DNA of 64,000 bases from Eledone cirrhosa (GCA_964016885.1 OZ024743.1:212288001-212352000), one strand, 5' to 3'. Shown: positions 50,885-63,150, numbered from the stretch's first letter. Notes: generated by a model from the letters alone, not told the origin. Translations and numbers: made by a program.

Positions 50885-51245
50885 ACAATAAAAATTTTAA
50901 CAATAGGAATTCCTCAGTTGGGAGGAGACGTTCGAGAGCTGCTCATGGAAAAAAGCCCATAAAACCACGGGTGCCCTGATCTCTAGGGAAAGTGCCCTGT
51001 CCCAGTTGTCCTCCTCCAATCTACAGGCACACACTCAGAGTGGGCCCATATACTCAGGTCATGCTCACCTCTCTCACCCCCCCCTTTCAACAAACTCGCT
51101 GGAAGACAGCACTTCCTTCTCTATCCTGATTTTCCTCTTCAAGTAGAGCCTGAAAAAGTTAATCAGGGCTTCGCTGAAGAGGAAAGTGCTTGTTTTTAAC
51201 TCTTTCTGGCGTATCCGCCATACAACCTTTTCGCCATGGCTACCG
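50885..51245 (-). mobile_element. 3' fragment of a Tx1-like LINE (family A-like)
   Basis: Reverse complement matches the ORF2 end (VAMAK..LINFFR..LKRKIR) and 3' UTR. Confidence 0.75.
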
Positions 51246-51364
51246 AAGCGTCTTTGGCGCCGGGAAACACGGTACTACCACACCTCCTCACATATCGTCT
51301 TGTCTATCTCAGTATCCATCTACCTACCTAGCCACTCTCCATCCATTCTTCTATCTATCTATCC

Positions 51365-51548
51365 CTGAAGTTGAGGGTTGTTCTATCTACGGGGTATTAA
51401 ACAACACATTTGTGGCGCTTCCCCCTCTATTGGGGATTTCGATTGTTATAATTGTTTGTTTTATATTTTTTACACGACTGTATGTAAAATCCGCGGCATG
51501 TCTTTGTATTGTCCCCTTTTCTTGTGCGCCCTTGTGGCAAATAAATCT
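51365..51548 (+). mobile_element. Tx1-like 3' UTR fragment after (TATC)n
   Basis: CCCCCTCTATTGGGGA and CCCTTGTGGCAAATAAA 3' UTR motifs. Confidence 0.6.
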
Positions 51549-51550
51549 CT

Positions 51551-53353
51551 AGGGTCAAGGTGAACGGCTACTTCTCGGAGCCGTTCGAAATCGCGCGGTC
51601 CATCCGACAGGGGTGCCCTCTCTCCTCCCTTCTGTATGTAATGACTCTAGAGCCACTGCTGCGGAAGTTGGAGTTGTTGCAGGGCATCCCGTTGGAACCG
51701 GGATTGCGGAAAGCGGTGTCAGCCTACGCCGATGACGTAACAGTAATGGTGTCGACGGCCTCGGAAATCGGGGCGATCGGCACCTTACTGGAGGAGTACG
51801 AAAGGTTTACAGGGGCTAAGCTGAACCGGGACAAGTCGATCGGTCTGCAACTCGGCACGTGGAGGGGGAGATCGATGCCCTCCGATGGCGTCGTCGGGCG
51901 CTGGACGGAGTGCCCGGTGAAGTTGCTCGGGGTCTGGTTCGGACCAGATCTCCAGGTGGAGAACAGGGGTGAGGTAACGAACAGGGTGTTTGCACTGACC
52001 CAGAAGTGGGCCGAGTGCAAACTGTCCCTGAAAGGTCGGGCGGAGGTGACGAACACTTATATAGCGTCCGTCATCTACTACCGCCTGACCGTAGTGCCTT
52101 GTCCAACGGAAACGCTCGCCAAAATGGAGCGCGCACTCTTCCAATTCCTTTGGAAGAAGCGGGCTCCTATGGTGAAGAGATCCATCTGCTGTCAACACCC
52201 TTCGAAAGGAGGGCTGGGGATGCCGTGGCTAATGATACGTAAACACGCATTAAGGCTACGGCACCTCCAGGTATTCCTCTCCGGTCAACCGGTGTGGGCC
52301 CCATTTGTGAGGCGAGCCTTTCCCAGACTCGTCTCACTCACCGAGCTGCAATCCTGGGTCAAGCAAAGACCGAGAAAACTGGGCGCCTGGCACACCGAGT
52401 GTGCCCAGGCGCTCACGGCTCTCTTTCAGGCGGACCCGGCAGTCAGTGGAGAATCCACCTCGTCATTCTATAGAGGGCTGGTGGTTAGCAGGTGCGACGA
52501 CGCCCTCGGAGAAGCCCTAGGCATGGAGGAAGACGAACTGGCCAACCTGTTCGGTAGGACATTCAGCCCGGCAATGCTACAGAAGGGCTCTGCCCGTTCG
52601 AGAAAGGCTCTACAGACACGGGCGCCCGGGTAGGGACCCCTCGAAAAAGATCTGTCCCAGATGCCTGTGCGACGAGGAAACCGTTGCACACGCATTGGTA
52701 CACTGCTCGGGCATTGCCGATCTGTGGGGCTATGTCGAACAACTGCTGTCAAGGGTGGGACCGATCCGGTTGACCACCGAGTCTATTGTAACGATCAAGC
52801 CGCCTCCCCTCTTCAAAAACGAAGAAGAGGCGGTATTTCTGTGCGTAATAGCCATGGCGAAAGAGGTTGTATGGTGGACGCGTCTGAAAGAACTGAGGTC
52901 AGACACCTTTCTCTCTGGCCAACAACTGGTCCGTTTCTTCCGATATCATTTCGGAAGAAGGATCAGGATGGAGAGAGAGGTGCTGCACCCCAGCCGTTTT
53001 TATGAAAGATGGGTGAAAGTGGCGAGAATGGCCCGTGTGAATGGGCCTTCACTCTACATCAGACTATAGGTGAGGAAGATGAAAGACCAAGGGAGCACCC
53101 CTTCTCTGTGCTCCCGAGGAAAAGGGTTGCACACTTTTTTTCGGGGGTGTGTGCGACCCCCAAGGCGCCTCCTCTCTATTGAGGACTTTGTTATAAATTT
53201 TATTTTTGTTATATTTTATTTTATTTTTATATATTGTTATTGCCTCCTCCTTATTGAGGACGCCTTGTTTTGTAAACTCCCCCCATTGTACTTGTCCCAC
53301 TTTTGATGCCCTGGTGGCAAATAAAAGAAACATATCTATCTATCTATCTATCT
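51551..53353 (+). mobile_element. Tx1-like family B copy 1 (5'-truncated in the RT; short deletion at about 52571)
   Basis: RQGCPLS, YADD, CCHC; (TATC)n tail. Confidence 0.9.
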
Positions 53354-54618
53354 CGCCAAAATGGAGCGCGCACTCTTCCAATTCCTTTGGAAAAAGCGGG
53401 CTCCTATGGTGAGAAGATCCATCTGCTGTCAACACCCTTCGAAAGGAAGGCTGGGGATGCCGTGGCTAATGATACGTAAACACGCATTAAGGCTACGGCA
53501 CCTTCAGGTATTCCTCTCCGGTCAACCGGTGTGGGCCCCGTTTGTGAGGCGAGCCTTTCCCAGACTCGTCTCACTCACCGAACTGCAATCCTGGGTCAAG
53601 CAAAGACCGAGAAAACTGGGCGCCTGGCACACAGAGTGTGCCCAGGCGCTCACGGCTCTCTGGCAGGCGGACCCGGCTGTCAGTGGAGAATCCACCTCGT
53701 CATTCTATAGAGGGCTGGTGGTTAGCAGGTGCGACGACGCCCTCGGAGAAGCCCTAGGCATGGAGGAAGACGAACTGGCCAACCTGTTCGGTAGGACATT
53801 CAGCCCGGGACCCATGGATAACTTCCAGAGGTCCCTGGCCTGGCAATGTTACAGAAGGGCTCTGCCCGTTCGAGAAAGGCTCAACAGACACGGGCGCCCG
53901 GGTAGGGACCCCTCGAAAAAGATCTGTCCCAGATGCCTGTGCGACGAGGAAACCGTTGCACACGCATTGGTACACTGCTCGGGCATTGCCGATCTGTGGG
54001 GCTATGTCGAACAACTGCTGTCAAGGGTGGGACCGATCCGGTTGACCACCGAGTCTATTGTAACGATCAAGCCGCCTCCCCTCTTCAAAAACGAAGAAGA
54101 GGCTGTGTTTCTGTGCGTAATAGCCATGGCGAAAGAGGTTGTATGGTGGACGCGTCTGAAAGGACTGAGGTCAGACACCTTTCTCTCTGGCCGACAACTG
54201 GTCCGTTTCTTCCGATATCATTTCGGAAGAAGGATCAGGATGGAGAGAGAGGTGCTGCACCCCAGCCGTTTTTATGAAAGATGGGTGAAAGTGGCGAGAA
54301 TGGCCCGTGTGAATGGGCCTTCACTCTACATCAGACTATAGGTGAGGAAGATGAAAGACCAAGGGAGCACCCCTTCTCTGTGCTCCTGAGGAAAAGGGTT
54401 GCACACTTTTTTCGGGTGTGTGTGCGACCCCCCAAGGCGCCTCCTCTCTATTGAGGACTTTGTTATAAATTTTATTTTTGTCATATTTTATTTTATTTTT
54501 ATATATTGTTATTGCCTCCTCCTTATTGAGGACACCTTGTTTTGTAAACTCCCCCCCATTGTACTTGTCCCGCTTTTGATGCCCTGGTGGCAAATAAAAG
54601 AAACATATCTATCTATCT
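53354..54618 (+). mobile_element. Tx1-like family B copy 2 (5'-truncated; open ORF 53361-54341)
   Basis: Near-identical to 52116-53345; (TATC)n at both junctions. Confidence 0.9.
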
Positions 54619-57341
54619 CTTTACGATGGACACATGTGCTGAGCTCGCTCGGTAAGTTTCGTTTAAATTTATCCGGAAATTGTGAACTGTAAACTTTCAT
54701 TTTTGTACCATTTTGTAGAGGGACTGCCAGGTCAAATTTTGATCTGGTCGGTCTCTCAAAATATTCTGCGCCTTTGGGCGAAATAGTGTTGTAAACATTT
54801 TATCTTTCGAAAAATTTCGAAAAACCCTATTTTGAGAAAAATGGCTGAATCATCTTCACCAACAATCAAAGAAGGAAAGGGGAAGTCATATTCACAGCTT
54901 CCCACTGCCACTGTCACAGCAGCAGATGCCAAAGGCAGAGGTCAGCCAGAGGAAGAATTGTCTTCACCTGTTGACCGACCACTAGATGTAGCCACAACTA
55001 TACAAGAAACTGAAAACAACAACAACAACAACAACAAAAACAACAACAACACAAACGTCACAAGTATCCACACACCAAACGAGAAAGACAACAACAACAA
55101 CAAAGATGAAAACAACTCAAACGACGAGAAACAAAACAATACAAACACCAACAACGAAAACAAAATATCTTTTGCACAAACGGCTAAATTATCAGTCACG
55201 TATGTGCTTGAAGATATTTCAAATGCTGGAAAAAGCCAAGAAATATGTATCTTTTGGCGAAAACGGTTCGTTTTCTATAAATTCACCTCCAGAACTAAAA
55301 AAACAGACGGAATTACGAACTGTCGTATTCCGTACAATTTTAAATAAAACAAAAAAACCAGCACAACCATCTCAAGCTGACATTCAGTTAGTACTGAAAG
55401 AAGCGATGAGAGACTTCACTTTCATACAAAAGGATAAACTATTGTGGAGGGTAGGCGTCCCTCCTGTTACCTCTGTGGCAATAGAGGTCACCTGAGGGCT
55501 GCCTGTCCCCAGCTCACACAGAAAAAAACACTGCTACCAACACCAACACCACCCCAACAACAACAACAAAAACAACCACAACAACAACAAAAACCAACAA
55601 CACCACCACAACAACAACAACAACAACAACAACAAACACGTGAAAAAACAACACAGAATACTGTCCCACCCAATCCCTCCCCACCCAAAACAAATACAAA
55701 AACACACACACCGCAAACACTACCAGAAAACATACCCCTCCCACCCAACAAGGAAGACGAACTTCTTTCGTGGCAAGACGAAAAAGATCCCTTCCAACAA
55801 GTAAAAAGAAAGAAGAGGAGACGCACCACAGACACACATGTTAACTTTAACCCTCCCCAAGAGAACACAAACTACACACAAACCACTCCTCCCTGTCACA
55901 CAACACTAACTGCTACACAAAAAAAGACTTTACAATATACATACATGAACACAGACAACAAAGAACTACTGAAAACAATTTCAGCAAACCCTTCGGTCCA
56001 AACTGAAGGGCCTAACTTTATAACTGGTGTGGGACTACCTCATTTAAAAATGATTAAAGTCCCAATGAACTTTTACAAAACACTGAAAATAAATTTCACG
56101 GAGGACGTGCCCCCCCGGCGCCAAACCAATCAACCGCGTCCTCCTAAAAAATTTCACCCCCCACCCCACCCAGACACCCACTCAACCACAAACACCCCAA
56201 CCCCACAACACACTGATGCCCCTTCACTTCCACAAACCACCACCCCACCCAACAACCCATCCCCAACCACCATGGAAATTGAGCGGCCTGTTTCCCGGGA
56301 CGCAGAGAGGTAAGTGCCTTTTCTCCTTACCACCAACATGGCTGTGCTAAGAGTAGGGTGTCTAAATGCGCGTGGCCTGGGCTCATCTTGGAAGCAAGCA
56401 ATGCTTCTAAATGACCTCAGGTCACGATCTATAAATGTGATGGTTATCTGCGAGGCCCGGATCAGCAGCATGCGACAGCTAGCCCCCACCTTTGACGACT
56501 TTGAGATGCACGCATCTCTCTGTCAGCCCGGAGGTGGGGGTGGGGTTGTCGTTCTGCTGCAAAAACATCTGGGTCTTGCGACACAGATAGTTCACTTGGA
56601 CCCAGGGGGTCGACTGGTGGTGCTGGACCTTGGCAGTGGTGAAGGTGGAGCCTTTAGGCTGGTAGCCGCATATGCCCCTTTTGGGACAGAGCGGCCCGAC
56701 TTTTTCCAGCGTCTGGAGTCTTTTCTAGGGACGTCCCGTTCCCTGCTCTTAGTGGGGGACTGGAATGGTATCCTGGATGCATGTTGGGACTATGCAGGGG
56801 CATGTCCCGATAGAGAGGGGTGCAACAGCCTCAAGAGGTTACTCGGACGATTTGACCTGGCCGATAGATTTCGACTAGATTTTCCGATGGTGCCAACCTG
56901 GTCTTGGTCAAATCGCAGCGGATCATTTAGGTCGTACCTAAATGATCCGCTGGATCAGGATGGAGAGAAAGGATCAGGATGGAGTGAGAGGTGCTGCACC
57001 CCAGCTGTTTTTACGAAAGATGGGTGAAAGTGGCGAGAATGGCCCGTGTGAATGGGCCTTCACTCTACATCAGACTATAGGTGGGAAGATGAAAGACCAA
57101 CGGAGCACCCCTTCTCTGTGCTCCTGAGGAAAAGGGTTGCACACTTTTTTCGGGGGTGTGTGCGACCCTCACCAAGGATTTTGTTATAAATTTTATTCTG
57201 TTATATTTTATTTTATTTTTATATTTTGTTATTGCCTCCTCCTTATTGAGGACGCCTTGTTTTGTAAACTCCCCCCATTGCACTTGTCCCACTTTTGATG
57301 CCCTGGTGGCAAATAAAAGAAACATATCTATCTATCTATCT
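54619..57341 (+). mobile_element. Tx1-like family B copy 3: 5' UTR, ORF1 (54841-56313, disrupted), APE part of ORF2 (56338-56940), large deletion to the 3' end
   Basis: EGRRPSCYLCGNRGHLRAAC; LRVGCLNARGL, GDWN; jumps to the 3' end at about 56950; (TATC)n tail. Confidence 0.9.
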
Positions 57342-58177
57342 ATGGGAATGCCGTGGCTGATGATGCGCAAGGATGCGCCGAGGCTACGGCATCTACAGGT
57401 ATTCCTTACCGACCCCAAACCGGTGTGGGCACCGTTTGTGAGACAGGCCTTCCCGCAACTTGTCTCGCTGACGGAGCTGCAGTCCTGGGTCAAGCGAAGA
57501 CCGAAGAAGATGGGCGCCTCGCACATTGAATGCGCTCAGGCGCTCACAGTCATCTGTCAAGCGGGCACGACAATCAGTGGAGACTCCACTTCGACATTCT
57601 AAAGAGGGTTAGTACGGCACAAGGGCGACGACGTGCTCGGAGAGACTCTAGGCGTCGAATTCGACGAACTCACCAGTCTGTTTGGTAGCACTTTCCGCCC
57701 GGGACCCATGGACAACTTCCAGAGGTCCCTAGCCTGGCAGTGCTACCGAGGAGCTCTACCAGTTCGTGACAAGATCTACAGGCACGGACGCCCCGGCAGC
57801 GATCCTTCCAAGAGGACGTGTCCAAGATGCGCGCAGGACATTGAAACCGTCCAGCACGCAATTGTACACTGCCCGGGCGTAACCGACCTGTGGAACTACG
57901 CGGAACAACTACTGCCGCGTATGGGACAAATCCAGTTGACTGCCGAGTCCATAGTAAAGATCAAACCGCCAACTTCTTTCAAAAACGAAAGAGAGGCAGT
58001 TTTCCTCTGAATAGTGGCTATGGTGAAAGAGGTTATATGGTGGACTAGATTGAGAGGACTGAGGACAGATGCCTTTCTCTCCGGACAACAACTCATTCCC
58101 TTCTTTAGATACCACTTTAGAAGGAGAATCAGAGTGGAGAGAGAGGCACTGCACCCCAGTAAATTTACTGAAATGAC
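57342..58177 (+). mobile_element. Tx1-like diverged copy after (TATC)n, truncated at both ends
   Basis: GMPWL..RLRHL, CPRCAQDIETVQHAIVHC. Confidence 0.85.
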
Positions 58178-58231
58178 CGTTTCTGCGCATGCGCTTTCAT
58201 ATGGTTGTTCTTCCTGTTCCGTTTAACCATG

Positions 58232-58283
58232 ACCAGTCCGAGCTGAAGATCCGCTAAGGTGAAACAATTGTTCTCGGTATGGT
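58232..58283 (+). ncRNA. Type I hammerhead ribozyme
   Basis: ACCA-GT-CCGAG-CTGAAGA-T-CC(GCTAA)GG-T-GAAA-CAATTGT-T-CTCGG-TA-TGGT: extended stem I, palindrome ACAATTGT, GUU site (cut after 58272). Confidence 0.8.
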
Positions 58284-58387
58284 GAACTAACTATTGTGTT
58301 ACTACTTCTACCAAACTCGTCCCATGGACTGAGTGCTCTATCACTATGGATATTACATTCCAGTGTTCTATCTCTCTCTCTCTCTAT

Positions 58388-60990
58388 CATCATCATCATC
58401 ATCATCATCAACGTTTAACGTCCGTGTTCCACGCTTGCATGGGTTTGGACGGGGGTTTTCCCACTTGAGGCAAGAGTGATTGTCTTGCTCGCATAGGACT
58501 GTCTGGCAGGTTTTCTACAGTTGGATGCCCTTCCTAACACCAACCACATTTACAGTGTGGGTCTGGGAGGTTTTTACCGTGTTGCCTACACGGCCACATT
58601 ACAGCGTGGACTGTGTTTTTTTGTCGTGACACCTACACGATCTCATTTGTTTCGGCCTGGATGGTGTGGCACCAACATAACTTTACATAGAAGGGGCGGT
58701 GTGGATGGGTGGGGGTGGTGGGACGGGGGTGTATTTTGTTAGAGATGCCTACTGACTGTAGTAGGTTTTACTTTGTATTTAGGTAAGGCGGGTCTTCTCT
58801 ATTACTGAGTACCGCCAAAGGTCTCGGTCCAGTGACATTGTCTTGGTGAGGTGTAAGTGTGTGAGGTCAGAGTTTATCAGCTCGTCCCAGGTTTTTCTGG
58901 GTCTGCCTATTCCGTGGCTACCGTCTATCTTTATTGCCCTGCACTTTGTTATACAGCTATCGTCCTTCATGCGCATCACGTGACCATACCAATGTAGCCT
59001 TCTCTCTAGTAAACAACATCTGATCCCTCTTATTTCTAATTTTTTCCTTAGTTCGTTTATGCTTTGTCGTTCACGTATATTACTATTACACATCCAGCGG
59101 AGCATGCAAGCTTCGTTTCTCTCTAGTCTGCGTATATCCTCTGCACACAATGCCCAGGTCTCACTGCCATGCAACATTGCTGTTCGTATGCAGGCATCGT
59201 ACAGCCTGCCTTTCATTTTTAGGGAGAACCCTTTAGCGGCTAATAGTGGTATAAGCTCTCTGAACTTTTCCCACCCAGTTCTGACTCTAGCTACTGTACT
59301 TTCAGAGCACCCTCCCCCACTGCTGATTTTGTCACCCAGGTAACGGAAGCTGTCCACTATTTCTATAGAACCCTCTGCGCAGTTGAAAGAGCTAGTATTT
59401 TGTGGGCACTTGCTGCTACTTATTGCCCCAGAACACCGGCCACATGTAAAATCTATGTTCTTAGTTAGCTTACCTGTGATCCCACTACATCTTTTATGCA
59501 CCCAAACTTTGCATTTGGGACACAAAATGGAATTTCTACCTACGCCTTTCCTACACTCTGCGCATGGCCACTTCCCGGAGGGGACCGCCGCCTTATTTTC
59601 TTTCTTACAAACTAGAACTTTAGTCTTAGCCAGGTTAATTTTAAGGCCTTTTGATTCTAGGCCGTGCTTCCATGTTTGGAATTTCTTCTCTAGCTCGGCC
59701 ATTGATTTAGCTATGAGCGTTAGATCATCTGCGTATAGGAGTTCCCATGGGCAGCCGGTCTTGAACTCCACTGTTATAGCCTGGAGGGCAATAATAAATA
59801 GTAGGGGGCTAAGAACAGAGCCCTGATGAACACCAACTTTTACACTAAACTCTTCACTATATTCGTTGTTAATTCTAACCTTGCTGACTGTTTCTTTATA
59901 CATGGCTTGTATAGCTCTCACAAGCCATTCATCAACACCTAGTTTTCTAAGAGCCCACCAGATAATGGAACGGGGGACTCTGTCGAAGGCCTTCTCCAAG
60001 TCGACGAAAGCTAAGTATAGGGGTTTACTTTTAGCTAGGTACTTCTCCTGTAGTTGTCGTACAATGAAAAGAGCGTCTGTGGTACTTTTCCCTGACACAA
60101 ACCCGAATTGCATTTCATCTAGATCAATTCGCTCTCTGATTAGTTGCGCTATTACTTTTTCCGTGACCTTCATGACCTGGTCGATTAATTTAATGCCTCT
60201 ATAGTTACTCCTATCTAGGGCATCTCCTTTACCCTTATAACAGTTAACGATAATGCTGCTACGCCAGTCCTTCGGAACAACCCCATTCTGTATGACTTGG
60301 TTGACTATCCGGGTGACCATGGTGTGTCCCACCGTACCAGATGCCTTCAGCATCTCGGCAACTATTTCCGAAGGCCCAGCCGCCTTGCCTGTCTTCATAT
60401 CTTTGATTGCCTTACTTATTATACTACCCTCGACTAACACTGCTGGTCCCTCTATTGGGTCGATGTGGGGGAGACTGTCTTTCTCCCATTTATTCTCCTC
60501 ATTTAGTAGCCTTTCATAGTGACACTTCCAAGCTACCTTCTTATCGGCGTCGGTGATGGCAAGTACGCCGTCATCGTTAAGTACACACTTCTCCCCGACA
60601 ATATCACTGTTTTCCTTGACACATTGCCTAGCAATCCTGAACACCTCACGTTTTTGGTCCTCACGTTGTAGAACATGCTTGAACTTTCTTTCCTCTGCTT
60701 CCCTTCTTGCGAAGTACACTTGTCTCCTAGCTTCCCTCCTGGCCACTTGATAGTCTTCTCTGCTTCCCCCATCCCGCCATACTTTCCAAGCCTGCTTTTT
60801 GGCCTTAATTGACCCCTCCACCTTGCTGTTCCACCACCATGTTACTCTCCTCCTGCCTACAGGCCTGCTCCAGCCACAGACTTCGTCTGCCGCCGTCAGC
60901 AGGTTTGCTTTCAGGAATTCCCACTGTTCCTCTACCTTGTACGTCTCTAATTGCTCTTCCTCACTGTCGAAAGCATCAAGTAATATGCTT
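58388..60990 (-). mobile_element. RTE-clade LINE, 5'-truncated, with (ATG)n tail
   Basis: (CAT)n at 58388-58409 then AACGTTTAACGTCCG; long intact ORF. Confidence 0.9.
58779..60821 (-). CDS. RTE reverse transcriptase (N-terminally truncated) with inserted PHD-type finger
   Basis: NYRGIKLI, QFGF, FVDLEKAFDRV, GVHQGSVLSPLLF, LYADD, C4HC3 insert, FRYLG, WYGHVMR, GRPRKTW; the frame appears to continue upstream to about 60990. Confidence 0.92.
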   Translation of the reverse strand: MEGSIKAKKQAWKVWRDGGSREDYQVARREARRQVYFARREAEERKFKHVLQREDQKREVFRIARQCVKENSDIVGEKCVLNDDGVLAITDADKKVAWKCHYERLLNEENKWEKDSLPHIDPIEGPAVLVEGSIISKAIKDMKTGKAAGPSEIVAEMLKASGTVGHTMVTRIVNQVIQNGVVPKDWRSSIIVNCYKGKGDALDRSNYRGIKLIDQVMKVTEKVIAQLIRERIDLDEMQFGFVSGKSTTDALFIVRQLQEKYLAKSKPLYLAFVDLEKAFDRVPRSIIWWALRKLGVDEWLVRAIQAMYKETVSKVRINNEYSEEFSVKVGVHQGSVLSPLLFIIALQAITVEFKTGCPWELLYADDLTLIAKSMAELEKKFQTWKHGLESKGLKINLAKTKVLVCKKENKAAVPSGKWPCAECRKGVGRNSILCPKCKVWVHKRCSGITGKLTKNIDFTCGRCSGAISSSKCPQNTSSFNCAEGSIEIVDSFRYLGDKISSGGGCSESTVARVRTGWEKFRELIPLLAAKGFSLKMKGRLYDACIRTAMLHGSETWALCAEDIRRLERNEACMLRWMCNSNIRERQSINELRKKLEIRGIRCCLLERRLHWYGHVMRMKDDSCITKCRAIKIDGSHGIGRPRKTWDELINSDLTHLHLTKTMSLDRDLWRYSVIEKTRLT

Positions 60991-61259
60991 TGGAATTTAT
61001 TTTATATATATACAGTATATACATACAAGTATCCACCTTTTTAAAAAGCACAAGACTATGCAGATATATGCAGTACTAAAAAAAAAGAAAAAAATTTGTG
61101 TATGAGGGAATGGTGATGAGGAAGAAAAAAGAGGTGATAAAAGAAAAAGAGAGGAGAAAACCAGCACACTCTATGACACACAACAAGTGGCAATGGATTC
61201 TCTCTGATAATTTTTGGGACAAGCCAACACACTCTTAGCATTGTCGTATGTGATACATA

Positions 61260-61490
61260 CGAGGATTGGCTGAAAAGGTCATAGACTGTCTATGAAGGAG
61301 TGGTGCATTGGGGGTATCGATAGAGTGTCAGACACCATGCCTTGCAGTATAGAGTTATGGCCCTTTACGTTCTGTGTTCAAATCCCTCTGAGGTTAACTT
61401 TGCCTTTCATCCTTATTAGGTTGATAAAATAAAGCACCAGTAATGTACTGGGATAATTGCTGGCCTTGTGCCAAAAGTAGAAATAATTAT
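61260..61490 (+). mobile_element. MITE TIR fragment (61260-61307) joined to a SINE (61308-61490)
   Basis: TA|CGAGGATTGGCTGAAAAGG followed by the SINE head and core. Confidence 0.75.
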
Positions 61491-61941
61491 TCTATGTACT
61501 ATACATGCACATTTGATGAGTTGTAGTGTACATGAGCACTGTACACAATAATTTTCATTATCATTATTATTTTCAATATTCTTTTTTTGTGGCTGAAGGG
61601 CTGATGAGTGTACAATTACATTCCTTTTCTGTTCTTTTTAATAGTGTGTTGTTTTTATTAGATATTGCTTAATTATGTTTATATAATGTCAATGGCTTTT
61701 CATGACATTGTGAGATTTTGTATACTGAATAAATCAACCCAGTTAAAACTATATTGAATGGAGAGATGGAGAGATTTCTTAAAATCTTACATGCACATTG
61801 AAAAGCTAAACTCATGTTGAATAAAAGTTTATAAACCATCGTGAAAATTAAGAATTTATAGGCTAGAATGCCTTCAATATCATTTAATGAAATTATAATT
61901 TTGCTGTTTTTATTTATTCATTAATTTATTTTCTAGCCAAA

Positions 61942-62032
61942 ATGACATCTTATATGCTTGGTTTATTCATGTTGTCACTGCTGATACCTGGAATAGATGT
62001 TGCTTCTATGGATGCTGACACACAAAAGCTGT
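61942..62032 (+). CDS. Candidate first coding exon of a secreted host protein (signal peptide)
   Basis: T-rich tract and TAG acceptor at 61936, CAAAATG, MTSYMLGLFMLSLLIPGIDVASMDADTQKL, possible donors GCAAGT (62033) or GTATGT (62053). Confidence 0.35.
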
Positions 62033-62245
62033 GCAAGTACTTGTGTAATATGTATGTATTAAAGAATTAACTCCCTTGGTCTAGCTAAAGAGACAATGTC
62101 TTTATAGCAGATTGTATAGTATAAAGTAAATGACACAAAAGCTGTGCAAGTACTTGTGTAATATGTATGTATTAAAGAATTAACTCCCTTGGTTTAGCTA
62201 AAGAGACAATGTCTTTATAGCAGATTGTATAGTATAAAGTAAATG
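62020..62245 (+). repeat. 113-bp tandem duplication
   Basis: 62020-62132 repeated at 62133-62245 with 1 visible mismatch. Confidence 0.95.
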
Positions 62246-62399
62246 GACTTTAATATATTACTAGTACTCACTGATTCTTAAATGGTAGATAATATCAAGC
62301 AATGTTGATTCTAACAGAATTTGATTACATTACAATGAAGTACTGAATTAACACGAGTCTCCCTCTCTCTTCTTCTTCAATGGTAATCAGTACAACTTC

Positions 62400-63150
62400 T
62401 GTAGAGCCACATATACCAGGAACCTGCTTTCCTGTCACTCCCCAGTGGTCCATCACACTTGAGAAGTTTGGCAAAAATAATGTTGTTGCACTTGACATTA
62501 GTAAAGAATTTGTGTCTGGCATAAATAGCAAAGCTATCCATGTATATGTTTAAATTCATTTTACATGTCTTGCATCTGAAGTTTTCTGTTAAATCACACC
62601 TTCACAGCATGCACTGACAAAACTCTCATTCACACTCTACAAGAATCGGTGGAAAAGTTCATAGGCTGACTATGAAGGAGTGATACTAGAGCGGTGAAAT
62701 CTTGCATGCATTAATTTCAACTCTTTTTATTAATAACTGTATTGTTTCTTTCCGGGGACTATGTTGAAAAATAAACTTCATTTGATCATTCCATGAGTGT
62801 ATCTTGGTCAGCCTATAAACTTTTCAGCTGACACTCATATCAACTTTAATGTTTTCCAGGGTTCAGTTACATCCCCTATACTCTTCCTCCTGTGATCAGG
62901 AACGTGTAGATGATATCACTCTTCATTCAATTTTAACCTTTCACACATAGGCATAAACCATATGCAGCCTAGACATCTCACACAAAACCTACACAGCGTT
63001 CATGAACATCACAACTTAGTCTCTCTCAACAGCACAAAGAGACTCATTGCTCATATCAAAGAAACAATCTTGTATCTAACCTTCTCTTGCTGGCCATTAA
63101 CCAAAACACTGCTCTGACCTAGGTGTAGAGTCTGTGACCCTCTCACCTTC
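62400..63150 (+). pseudogene. Decayed LINE RT (I/Jockey/CR1 group) interrupted by a MITE
   Basis: FGKNNVVALDISKEF..VWH before the MITE; QGSVTSPILFLL and DDITLH after it. Confidence 0.6.
62640..62837. mobile_element. Tc1/mariner-type MITE
   Basis: Diverged TIRs, TA flanks, body matches 10431-10644. Confidence 0.8.

Noticed and set aside
61601-61625. CTGATGA plus hairpin resembling a hammerhead
   Set aside because: No GAAA after the stem and no stems I or III.
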